Shown: piece by piece, positions 12,775 to 24,887 of the stretch
How the letters are laid out: the number at the start of each line of letters is the position of its first letter
How positions within the stretch are numbered: position 1 is the stretch's first letter
DNA from: Ascoidea asiatica JCM 7603
Taxonomy: Eukaryota > Fungi > Ascomycota
Length of the DNA: 64,000 bases
Direction of reading: 5' to 3'
Assembly (NCBI GenBank): GCA_001600695.1
Contig: BCKQ01000017.1
Span: 62,001-126,000 of the forward strand
The notes under the pieces: generated by a model
What the model was told of the DNA's origin: nothing
What the model saw: only the letters and a program-made list of their open reading frames with translations
Database searches by the model: none
Made by a program: the position numbers and the translations under genes

Positions 12775-12881
12775 TCTTTAAGAAACCATTTTCAAAACCA
12801 TTATCTTCATTAAATTCAAAAAAAAATAATAGAAGAATGTCAAGAATTCCAAAACCTACAAAAAATAGAATTGGAAAATAA
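12171..12881 (+). CDS. DAM1: DASH/Dam1 complex subunit Dam1
   Basis: LKDSDLKMQNLQRINDSIANFNECFSSFLYGLKLNAWCVNFPESP core, C-terminal SRIPKP; first ATG at 12171 (the ORF track used an upstream TTG). Confidence 0.85.
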
Positions 12882-13127
12882 CTTTAACTTTCAAATGATA
12901 TAAATAAACTTTTATCATTAGATCTACAAAAATGAATAAAATTTCTAAAAACATATAATTCTTATTTATAAATTCAAACAAAAAATCATTTCACTCTCAA
13001 TGATAAATGTCTAATAGGAGACATAAAAATAAAGAAAAAGGGGAGAACACATACCAAAAAAAAAAAAGGTAAAAAAAAAAGGGGAAACAGGCATAAAAAA
13101 TTTGGAATATTAAAAAAATTTAAAAAT

Positions 13128-15315
13128 TCAATAAACATTAGAAATTGAATTTAAACATTTAGAAACCCAAGCATTACAATCTTGTATATTAAGAACTTCA
13201 TTAAGAGAATTCCATCTTTTATTTTTTTGTTTTTGAGACATTGTTAAAGCAGCATAATAACTAAAAGATATTGAACGAATATCCCATGGATTAATTAATA
13301 AAGCACCTTTTTTAAAAAAAGAAGCAGAACCAGTAAATTCAGATAAAATTAATGGAGATTTTTTTTCTTCTGCAGCAACAATAAATTCATGACAAGTTAA
13401 ATTCATACCTTCTCTCATAGTTGAAACAACAAAAGTATCAGCTTCTGAAATTAAAGCAAGATATTGTTGAAAATCAATATCTTGATGTAAAAAAACAACA
13501 GGTTGAGAAACAGCAATATTTGTTGTTAAAGAATTAATTCTATCAACAATTTGCATAGTTTCAACTTCTAAATCAATATCTGGAGTTGAAGATTTTAAAC
13601 AAATTTGAATAAATACAGCTTTATCAATATATTCAGGATGTTGTTTTAGAAAAGCTTCATAAGCTAATAATTTTTGTTTTATACCTCTAATTCTATCAAA
13701 TTTATCTCTACCAATAATTAATTTTTTATTTGGCCATCTTTTTTTAATTAAAGATCTCCATTCAAATACATTTTTATCTTTTAATTGTAATTGTAATTTT
13801 TTAATATCAATACCAACAGAAGAAAAATTAACATTAATTAATCTATTTTTATAATTTATTAAACCAGGTTTTGTAACATCAGTTGATAAAATTCTTGTAC
13901 AAGTTTGTAAGAAATGTAAAACATATTCTTCAGTTTGAAAAGTTATACTATTTGCACCTAAAATACCATTAAGTAAATTTTTTCTTTGAGCTAAACAACG
14001 AAAAACTTCAGAAGATGGGAATGAAGTATGTAAGAAAAAACCAATTTTTGCATTTGGTAATTTTTCTCTAATCATTCCAGGTAATAATAATAAATGATAA
14101 TCATGAATCCAAATTATATCATTTTCTTTATAATTTTTTATAATTTTATCACAAAATAATTGATTTAAATTTTTATATAAATACCAAGAATGATCTTCAA
14201 AAGCTTTTGATTTTGAATTATCAGGTACTTGATAATGAAAAGTTGGCCATAAGATTTGTTTACAAAAATTTTTATAATGACCTTGAAAAGTATAATCATC
14301 AGGAAAAATTGCAATTGAATTAAATTTATTTGATTTTAATTTATTTTCAATTTTTAATTTTGTTTTAATTAATAATTCATCAGTTGGTATACCAATTGTA
14401 CCAACCCATTTTAAATTTTTTAAATTATTATTATTTTGAATTGAAGATTTTATTGCATTTCTTAAACCACCATTACCTTTTCTATAATCAATTATTGACC
14501 AAGGAGCATTTTCAAAAATATTATTTTGATTTAATAACAGATTTTTAATTTGAGGATTTGATAAACCACCAAATGGAGCTAATTCAAAATTATCATCAGA
14601 TTTTAATAAATTATTATCAACAGTTGATAAATCTTGATTATAATTATTAATTAAGTTATTATTATTTTTATTTAATAATTGAATTGAATTTAAAGAAGCA
14701 ATTTTAGCTAAATTTGTATAGGAGTTTGAATTTGAATTTGAATTTGAAATTGAATTTGAAATTGAAATTGAATTATTTTTATTATTAATATTATTAATAT
14801 TATTAATAATTGGTTTTCTTGATAATTTAACTAAATTTGATTTATTAGATAAATTATTTTTTAAATTATTTGATAAATTAATTTGTAAATTTCTTGGTTT
14901 TGGTTGAATAAAAAGATTTAAATTTGAAGAAGATTTATTTAAATTATAAGGTAAATTTGAAGAAGATTTAATTATTGAAGATTCAGATTCTGATAAAATT
15001 AATTCATTCAGATCAATTTCAGATTTTGTTTTTCTAATTGCAAAATTATTAGGATCATTATTATTATTATTATTATCATCATTTGAATCAAGTAAATCAG
15101 CAGAATTAAAATAACTTTTTAAATTTGAAGAAGAATTTCTTGAATGAAAAGAATTATGAAAGAAAAATTCTTCAGGAGGAGAAGAAGCTAAATCTTTATT
15201 TATATCAATATTATTAAAATTATTATTTGAAGATAAAACTAAAGGATTTTTATTTAAAATATGAATATTTGGAGATGAAGCTGCTAAAGATAAAGCAGGT
15301 AAAATTGATTTTGAA

Positions 15316-15351
<36 letters not shown>

Positions 15352-15566
15352 GTGTTAGTTTTGTTTGTATTCAATTTATTGTTTATATTTATATTTGAAT
15401 CTGAATTAGAATTTGAAGTTTTATTATTATTTTTATTATTGATTAAATTTTGATCAGAATTTGCAGATTTTGAAGATTCATAAGCTTCTAAAGCTTCATA
15501 ACTTGTTGTTTTCAATTCAAATTCAACAGTATATGGTAAGAATAATGAAGCTACAATTACAGTCAT
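13128..15566 (-). CDS. TPS3: Trehalose synthase complex regulatory subunit (Tps3/Tsl1-like), GT20 domain only, no C-terminal phosphatase-like domain
   Basis: MTVIVASLFLPYT..FE N-terminus, GNGGLRNA, FCKQILWPTFHYQVPD..SKAFEDHSW, WIHDYHLLLLP, REGMNLTCHEFI; stop right after the GT20 domain. Confidence 0.85.
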
Positions 15567-15959
15567 TTGAATTAAAGTGTTTTATTTCTATCAATGGATT
15601 GAGGATTGATTGATTTATTTATTGATTTATTGATTGATTTATTGATTTATTGATTGAAAATAGAGATAGATGATTAAGAAATTATTTTATCGAATATTAA
15701 AGCAAAGAGAATGCAACTAAGAGTGAGAATAATCGGAATAGGTTTTTGATGGGGATAGATGAGAATGATGAATCAGATGAATGTGATGCGAAGAAGAAGA
15801 GGAAAGGGAAGAGGAAAGTGAAGATAGATTGATTGTTTGAATGAGAAGAAGATGAAGATCAAGAAGATCAAGAAGATCAAGAAGAACTTGAGGAGGAACT
15901 TGGATTGTATTTATACGAATATTTTATTTGAGATCTCGATGAATTGGATCTGGGACTGG

Positions 15960-16310
15960 GACTGGGACTCATCCACAGTTTCTCGTAGCCGAGGGGAGCG
16001 GATAAAGGCAAGCGTGGCGAGTGGAGTGGCGAGTGGGTGCTCCCGGCGACAACGTGCTGCTCCTGCTGCTCCTGCTGGCAAATCACGAGGTGGCAGGTCA
16101 CGTGCATCTCAGACACCTTCAGCCGACTGTCTCCGACTCGATCCGCGCCGGGTCACATGTCTCAGCTGTCTCAGCTGACTCAGCTGTCCCAGATAACCGT
16201 TTGTTTCTGTCCTTGATAGTCGTGTACATTGCCCGCATTGTATTATTATTTGGACAGCATGTGATTACGCTATTTCTCACGTAATCACTATTAGCCACTG
16301 TGCAGCGATA
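15960..16310. promoter_or_regulatory. GC-rich bidirectional promoter of TPS3 and HUL5
   Basis: STRE AGGGG 15992-15996, GTCACGTG 16097-16104, GTCACATG 16152-16159, between divergent genes. Confidence 0.5.
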
Positions 16311-16555
16311 TAAAGAATATCCATCCATTCTTCATCTTCTTCATCTTCTTCATCTTCTTTATCTTCTTTTCATAATCTTTATCGTTAATTGCCACTTTTT
16401 AATCAAAACTAATTCATATTTCATAATTTATCATTCAAATTATAATCATCAATTCATTTACATTATCTATTTCAATCATTTGAGTTACTTCAATTATTTT
16501 AATCACTTGAATCACTTGAATCACTTGAATTGCTTAATCTTATATAAAACTTCTA

Positions 16556-18602
16556 ATGTCATCAAATATACCAATATTTAATGGTAGTTATAAACAATCA
16601 AAAGTTATAAATCTTGGAGGTACAAGATCAACAACTATTTTAAGTTCAAATACTTTAAAAAAAAAAAGAATTAAAAGAAATAAATTAAAGAAAAAAGAAT
16701 TTTCAATAAATATTATTAAATTTTATTTAAATTCTTATTCATTTAAATTAAATTTATTTAAAAAAATTCAATCAAATTTCATAAATAATACTTTCAATTT
16801 AAAATTTTTAAAAATAAATCAAATTTTAGATAAATTTAATTGTTTTTATTATAAATTATTTAAATTAAACTATTTAAATTATTTAAATGATAACGATAAT
16901 AATCAAAATTCAAAAGATTTAAATCAATTATCTTTAGATTCTTTATATAATTATTTAATTCAATTTGATTCATATAATAAAAATGATTTATTAATTCAAA
17001 ATTATTTAATGACTTTTAATACTTTTTCAAATACTTTTAATATAATAAAATCTTATTTAAAAATTAAATTTAATATAAATTATGAAATTTTATCAAATTT
17101 ATTAAATAAATCAATCTCAATTATTTCAATTTTATTAAATAATTTATTAATAAAAAATTATTTAAATTCAAATATATTCTCTGATAAATTATTAATAAAT
17201 TTAAATATTTTATTCAATTCAATCATTTCTTTAATTGATCAATTTAATTTAATTAATCATTCATCAATTAATTTAGAAATTATTAATCAAAATTCAATAA
17301 AAATTTTCTTAAATGAAAATATTTATTTAACTAAATATTTTCCTTCAATTTATTTTAAATTAATTTCAAAAAATTATTTCAATAATCTTATAAATAATAA
17401 CAACAATAATGATATTATTGTAAATATTAATATAAATTTTAGTAATTTAAATCTAAAGAATTATTCAAATTTTGATAAAATTAATTTCCTAATTAATTAT
17501 TTAAAAATTTCAAATCTTAATCAAAATATAACTAAAGATTTTAATCAAAATTTCAATCTTTTATCAAAATTTTTAAATAATATAAATTGTCAAGTTTTAA
17601 ATTCTTCAAATTTATTAAGAATTGAAAATAATAATAATTATCTTTTAAATTCAATTGAAAATAATCAATTTCAAATAATCTTATTAAATAATTCAAATTT
17701 TAATAATTTAAATTTATTTTTCTCAAAACCTTTTTTAAATTCTTTATTTTTATTAATTAATAATAATAATAATAAAAACTCTAATAATGATCAAATTTTT
17801 AATTTATTATCTACTTTAATTAAAATTTTTCCTCAAAATAAAATTAAATTCTTAACTCAGTTAAATATTATTCAATTTTTTCCATCAATTAAATCTCTAA
17901 TATTTACTAATAATTTATCCAATATTAATAATAACCATAACAATCTAAATTTAAATGAATTAATTAATACAATAATTTCTTTAGATCCTAAAAATTCTGA
18001 TCAATTTTTATCAATTTTTTTACCTTTTAAAGATAATTCAATTAAAAATTCTCAATTTTTCTTTAAAAATTTAATTTTATTCTTAGAAATTTTATCATAT
18101 TCTTTAACAATCTCAACTGATTATGAAATTTTAAATTCAAATTATTCTAACAATAATAATAATAAAAACTTTAATCAAACTTTTTTAAAAATTAATGAAT
18201 TTAAAATTTTTACTAAATTCTTAAAAAATTTCATTTTAAATTTAATTTGGAATGAAAATAATATCATTTCTTTTTTCACTAAGAATAATAATAGCATTAA
18301 TAATCCAAATATATTTTTAATTGATTTTATAATTTTAAAACAAACTTCAAAAAAAGTTTTAACTCAAATTTATTTACTTGATTCAAGATTAAATTTTTTA
18401 GAAAAAGATTTTTGGATCTTAAATAATTATAAAAATGATTATTCAAATAAATTATCAGTAATTATTGCGGAAACTGAAGAAAAATCTTTTTCTGAAGAAT
18501 TTAATTCTACTAATAATAATCATTTCAATTCAATCATTATTAAAAATAATAATCTTCATTCTTATTTCAATAATTTAAATGACTCAAATGATCCTAATGT
18601 TG

Positions 18603-18634
<32 letters not shown>

Positions 18635-20200
18635 GAGGACGAATATGATAATGATGAAGAAGATGATGATGATGATGACGAAAATACAAATAATTCTGAA
18701 GTTAAAAATGAATCAAGATCAGTAATTCAAGAATATAAACGTGTTTTAATTGAAAAAAAAAAGAATGAAAATAATTCAAATTTTACTTCCATTTTCAATA
18801 ATTCAATTCAAAATATTCAAAATATTCAAAATATTCAAGATATTCAAAATACTCAAGATATTCAAAAGATTTCAATTTCATCACTTAAAAATATTGTAAA
18901 ATCATTAACAACTATATATAAATATTATCCATTTTTTATTCCATTTTTTGAAAGAGCAAAAATTTTACAAATGTTAATAAGTTTAGATAAACAAAGAAAT
19001 AATTTTGAATCAATTGAATCAAGGTTTAATTTTTTTACTGGAGAATTTACTTTAAAAAATGTTATAAAAGCTGTTATTCATAGAGAAACACTTCTTCAAG
19101 ATGCTTTTAATTCTTTTTATAAATATTCAAGTAAATTTAAAGCTCCTTCTTCAATTAAATTTTTAGATGAAGATGGTGAACCTGAAGCAGGTATTGATGG
19201 TGGTGGAATTACAAAAGAATTTCTTATAAGTGTTATTGAAAAAGGTTTTACTGATAAAAATTTATTTATTGAAACTGAAAATTTTGAATTATATCCAAAT
19301 CCAAATATTTATTTTAATTTAAAATGTGATAAAAATAAAAAAGTTATAAAAAATTTACAAATGATTGAATTTTTAGGTATGATTATTGGTAAATGTATTT
19401 ATGAAAAAATTTTAGTTAATATTAAATTTTCATCATTTTTTTTAAATAAATGGAATCCAAATAGTAAATTTTTAAGATCATCATTTAATGATTTATCTTC
19501 TTTAGATCCAGAATTATATAATGGATTAAATAAATTATTATATTTATCAGATAATGAAATTAATGAATTAGGTTTTACATTTAGTATTGATGAAAAAATT
19601 TATAAAGATTTTTCAAATAAAGAAAATTCAAGAATAATTACTATAAATTTAATTCCAAATGGTTCAAAAATAAAATTAAATTCATCAAATAAAATTCAAT
19701 ATATTTCATCATTATCTAATTTTAAATTAAATACTTCAATCAGATTACAAATGTCATATTTTGTTAAAGGTTTAAATGCAATTTTACCATCAAAATGGTT
19801 AAATATGTTTAATGCATATGAACTTCAAATGTTAGTTTCTGGAGGAAATGATACAAAAATTGATATTGAAGATTTAAAAGAAAATGTAATTTTCGGTGGT
19901 GGTTATAAACCTGAAGATTTAACAATAAAATATTTTTGGGAAGTAATTTCAGAATTTTCTATTGAAAATCAACAAAATTTATTAAAATTTGTTACAAGTG
20001 TTCCAAGACCTCCATTACTTGGATTTGGTGAATATAATCCAAAATTTGGAATTTCAAAAGGTGGATTTGATTCAAGTAGATTACCAACAGCTTCAACTTG
20101 TGTTAATTTATTAAAATTACCAGATTATAGAAATAAAGAAATTTTAAAAGAGAAATTATTATTTTCAATTAATTCTAAAGCAGGATTTGATCTTTCTTGA
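16556..20200 (+). CDS. HUL5: HECT E3/E4 ubiquitin ligase (UBE3C/Hul5 type)
   Basis: N-terminal F.G......INLGG, PFFIPFFERA, EAGIDGGGITKEFL, LLKFVTSVPRPPLLGF, RLPTASTCVNLLKLPDY (catalytic Cys), C-terminal AGFDLS. Confidence 0.9.
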
Positions 20201-22456
20201 TTTAAAAGAGGTTATAAAACTTTGGTTTTATTATTTGTATTTATATTTTTAACGAATTTGATTATGAATCTAATGATTGAAATAATTGTTATGTTTATAA
20301 AATTGATCTTTATTAATAAAAGAAAAGAAAAAAGAAAAAAAAAATTTGTATATTGCATCTACTTATTTAATTATATACCTAAAATTTTTACAGATGAATA
20401 AATTAAAATATCATTGAATGAATCCAACTTTCTCTTACTGTCTTTATAAGAATATTGGTAATTCTCTGAGAATGAAGTAATTTGGTAAATAGTACTTAGC
20501 GAAACAGCCATATACCAAAAGATTCAAAAAGGAATTGAAATCTTTATATCGAAAAACAATGGATATAAATATAATTGATGTTATTCTATCTTTTTTACGT
20601 CCTGTGTACCCTTTTCATATATTTCATATACAGTGTTTCAATTTAAGTTTTGATGGGACAGTTTATAAAACTATTTAGGGCACTCCCTTAGTACAGGGTC
20701 TTAGGACCACTTCGCTGTCAGTGTAACTTTAATTTTGCTACAACATTTTTGGGGAGAGTGAAATGGCTGATTAAAGCATTTAAGCTTAACCCTGTTTTTA
20801 TTGAAGAATGAAATTTTCTAATTTTTCATTTCACTCTTATCTTTTAAATCAATTTACCAAAATATCACGATATTACTCTCCTCTTTTTTAGTTAATAATA
20901 TTCTTTTTCAACAAATAAGTAAATAAATGAAACAAGTCTGAAAATGAATGAACTTTCACCAATCTATAGCCAAAATTTAATTTATAATCGTTTTTTTGAA
21001 AATGCAATCATTGTTTTTGAGTCTTAGTAATTGTACTTAAATATCATAATTAGAAACTGTTTTCACTCTCAGTTCCTTTGACTAGTTTCTTTTTGTATAA
21101 TCTAATTAAAAATTGTCATCTGTTTTGTCCATTTCTGGAATTATTACTGTTTTCAAAAGGAAAAGATCTATCCACTCACTAACTCACAATCCGTAGGCGA
21201 ATAATATTTTTTATGCTTCTAAATTTCTTACTCGTTATTTAATATTGCCATACAAAATTAAATTCATGGCCTTTGTTAAATATTTTATTATTTACAACTA
21301 GTAATATTCTTTAAAATTGAATATTATATTCATTTTAGTTCTTTACAGTACAGTACGGTGCTTCCATTGCATTTCTACACTATGATAATTAAACTACACT
21401 GATTTTTACTTTAACAACTTATGGTTTCTATACTTTTCGTAATTACTCCAAATTTTTTCTCTTTTATTAAAGAAAGAGTAAGAAAAACATAAAGTCTAAC
21501 AAATATTGAATAAGTTGAAAGCAAGTTCAGACCAAATTTCATTTTCTAAATCTGTTTTTTTACAAAAGTTGCTTTAGTTGCTTTAAAAATTTGAAATTTT
21601 AATTAATCTCAAAGATAAGTCAAGTTAATAAGAATTCTCAAGTTTATTGAATTCATCTAGTGAACCGGTGAAAATTAATTATTCATTAAATTAATTCTCT
21701 TAGATTGAAAAGATATTCTTCAAAATATTCTTCTATCCTTCAAAAAAACATTAACCTGTAAGAAATACAATACTACCGGTACTTCACCTAAAATTGCCAT
21801 TTAATCTAAAAAATCATATTAATTAAAAGTGCCTAAAAAATAAATGTTTTTAACTCTTAATTTAAGGGTTTACTTATAAATAAAAGGTCCCTTAAAAGCA
21901 TTATTTTTCGCCAATTTGATTGAATTGATAAACAAAACCTTATTTCTAATTCATATTTGCTTCACTTCTCCTAAAATTTTCACATTTTCTAGCAAAGAAA
22001 TTCTTACAAATTTACTTAACTTCCTGGAAACATAATAATAATTCAATCACCCAATCAATCACTTCAAAATTTAATTTTTTAATGATCTTTTAGATAATGA
22101 ACAAAATTCAAATTTTTTTTTTTATTCAAAATGAACCCCCCAAAAAGGACTCATTGACAGAAAAAAAGAAAATCACTCTTCAAAATTCCACGAAGTTTGA
22201 TATAGTACTTAATTCAAAAATTTTCAGCTATCCCTTAAAATCATATAAAAAGCTTTCTAAATATTAGTATTATAATCCTCAAAAATATAATCTCTTTTTT
22301 TTAGAATTATAAAAAAGAAGAATTTTCACTATATTTATATCATATTAATATCCTATTTATTTTTTTTAATCATTTCAAAACAAATTTGTAATTATTTTTC
22401 TGTTTGTGGCTTTTTAGACAATATTTTCTTATTATTTTCTTATAATTTTCTTATAA

Positions 22457-22475
22457 TTTGCTCATAATTTGCTCA
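22457..22475 (+). promoter_or_regulatory. Two tandem TTTGCTCA (Mac1 CuRE-like) motifs upstream of FET3
   Basis: TTTGCTCA at 22457-22464 and 22468-22475, part of an 11-bp tandem array. Confidence 0.25.
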
Positions 22476-22577
22476 TAATTTACTACTTTGTTGGTCGGGG
22501 TTTGAAAAATCTTGGAATAATTAACTCTAATAATTCTCAGTTATTTTGGAAATAGATAAAAAAAAAACTTAAACAAA

Positions 22578-24458
22578 ATGAAGTTTTCATTAAATTGGGT
22601 TCTTCCAGCCTTATTATTATTTAATTCACTTAAAGCAGAAGCTAAAACAGTTAATTATTATCTTAATGTAACTTATGTGAATGTAAATTTAGATGGTAAA
22701 TTTGAAAGACAAGCAATTGGTTGCAACAATACATACCCTTTCCCAACTCTTGAAGCTAATAAAGGTGATAGAATTCAACTTTGGTTAACTAATGGTTTAC
22801 CAGATGATAATACTTCCCTACATGTTCATGGATTATGGCAAACTGGAACAAACTTAATGGATGGTCCCGAAATGATTACAAATTGTCCATTAGCTCCAGG
22901 TTCTACTTTTCTTTATAATTTCACTTTGGAACAATCTGGAACTTATTGGTATCATTCTCATACTTCTGGTCAATACGGTGATGGATGGAGAGCTCCATTT
23001 GTAATTCATGATTACAATGAAACAACCGGAGAAAATAATTTCCCTTATGATTATGATGAAGATGTAATGTTAAGTATAGGGGATTGGTATCATCAAGATC
23101 ATCGTGAATTATCAAAAACTTTTTTGGATCGTTATAATCCAACTGGTGCTGAACCTGTTCCTGAATCATTACTATTCAATGAAACAATGAATGGAACTTG
23201 GAATGTTCAGCCAAATACAACTTATCTTTTAAGAATCTTGAATTCAGGTGCTTTTGTTTCTCAATATTTCTTTATTGAAGATCATGAATTAACTGTAGTA
23301 GAAGTTGATGGTGTTTATGTGAAACCATACGTAACAAATCATTTATATCTTACTTCAGCACAAAGATATTCTGTTCTTCTTACAACCAAAAATTCAACAG
23401 ACAAAAATTATGCTATAATGCAACTTTGTGATCAAGATATGTTAGATGTTCCAGGCAATTTAAAAACAAATGAAACAAATTCAATGATATATAATGAAGA
23501 TGCAGATATGCCTGAGGAAGTTTATTTAGATGATTGGACTGATATTTTAGATGACTTTTATTTGGAACCTTTAAGTGAAGTTGAGCTTTTTGAGGATCCA
23601 GACTATCAAGTTGTTCTAAACGTTACAATGAATAATCTTAATGATGGTATTAATTATGCTTTTTTTAATAATCTCACATACACTGCTCCAAGTGTTCCCG
23701 CATTAGTAACTGTCATGTCATCCGGAGATTATGTAAATGAGCCTCTGATTTATGGTTCAAATACAAATTCTTTTGTTCTTCAGCAAAATGAAACTATTGA
23801 ATTAGTTTTGAATAACGAAGATACAGGTAAACATCCATTTCATTTACACGGACATCATTTTCAATTAATTGAGAGGGGACCTGATTACACAGATGAAGCT
23901 GAACCAATTCCTTATGTTGCAAATGATACAGCCGAGTTTCCGGAGATTCCAATGCAAAGAGATACAATTTATGTTAGACCTCAATCTTATTTTGTTATTA
24001 GATTCAAGGCAGATAATCCTGGTGTTTGGATTTTTCATTGTCATATTGAATGGCATATGCTTCAAGGTTTATCAGCTGTTTTCATAGAAGCACCTACTCA
24101 AATGCAAAACGATCCTTCGCAACAGTTGACAGATGAATATAATCAGGTATGTGAAGATGCAGGAGTTAAAACCAGCGGTAATGCTGCAGGAAATAGTGAA
24201 AACTTCTTAGATTTAACAGGTGAACCTGTTCAAGTTAAAAACTTGCCTGCTGGTTTTACTGCAAGAGGAATTGTTGCTTTAGTATTTTCTTGTATTGCGG
24301 GTTTCTTAGGTCTTATAATGATAACTGTTTATGGATCAATTCCTGTTAGTCAAACAAAAACAATTGAAGATCTTGGATTAGCAGATGTTATTGAAATTTC
24401 TAGTACTGATGAAGGAACAAACAGCAATAATAACAAGAAAACAAGCGAGTCTCTTTGA
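22578..24458 (+). CDS. FET3: Multicopper ferroxidase for high-affinity iron uptake
   Basis: Signal peptide; Cu ligands HVHG, WYHSH, HPFHLHGH, HCHIEWH; NPTGAEPVP; C-terminal TM after GFTARGIVALVFSC. Confidence 0.93.
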   Translation: MKFSLNWVLPALLLFNSLKAEAKTVNYYLNVTYVNVNLDGKFERQAIGCNNTYPFPTLEANKGDRIQLWLTNGLPDDNTSLHVHGLWQTGTNLMDGPEMITNCPLAPGSTFLYNFTLEQSGTYWYHSHTSGQYGDGWRAPFVIHDYNETTGENNFPYDYDEDVMLSIGDWYHQDHRELSKTFLDRYNPTGAEPVPESLLFNETMNGTWNVQPNTTYLLRILNSGAFVSQYFFIEDHELTVVEVDGVYVKPYVTNHLYLTSAQRYSVLLTTKNSTDKNYAIMQLCDQDMLDVPGNLKTNETNSMIYNEDADMPEEVYLDDWTDILDDFYLEPLSEVELFEDPDYQVVLNVTMNNLNDGINYAFFNNLTYTAPSVPALVTVMSSGDYVNEPLIYGSNTNSFVLQQNETIELVLNNEDTGKHPFHLHGHHFQLIERGPDYTDEAEPIPYVANDTAEFPEIPMQRDTIYVRPQSYFVIRFKADNPGVWIFHCHIEWHMLQGLSAVFIEAPTQMQNDPSQQLTDEYNQVCEDAGVKTSGNAAGNSENFLDLTGEPVQVKNLPAGFTARGIVALVFSCIAGFLGLIMITVYGSIPVSQTKTIEDLGLADVIEISSTDEGTNSNNNKKTSESL

Positions 24459-24887
24459 TCTAATTTCTATTGAAGCAATTATTCTTTTTATCTTTATATT
24501 TATTTTAACGTTTACTGTTTTTTTATTGTTCTTTTTACTCTTCTTGATGAGATCATTTAATAAGTAATTCAAATAAGCTCTGTAACTTTATATATTTTCA
24601 CTGTATATTTGAAATAAACTAAGTTTATTAACTCATGCTCACATCACAAAAAATAAATTTATGCACTTTTTTCTATTTCTATTTCAATTTGAAATAGAAA
24701 GGTAATTGAGAAATACACTACATCTCAAATTTTCCTTGAGATGTATTTTAAAGAGAAAAATAAAGAGTTTGAAGTATGTAATTGGAAACAAAATTATTTA
24801 AAGCCCTTTTTTCTTCTATTTTTTAAAAAATATTATTAATAAAGATAGAAATTGATAAGTATATAGAGTTTAATAACTCAAAAAAAG

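Noticed and set aside
13049-13055. GTATGT donor on the minus strand that might extend TPS3 by splicing
   Set aside because: It lies downstream of the stop codon, and there is no room for a TPP exon before DAM1
15837-16581. Short overlapping ORFs in GC-rich islands (also 5494-5763, 36915-37827, 45941-46466, 50288-50840, 59578-60013, 63125-63376)
   Set aside because: Mostly non-ATG starts, codon usage unlike real genes, no motifs; stop codons are depleted by the high GC
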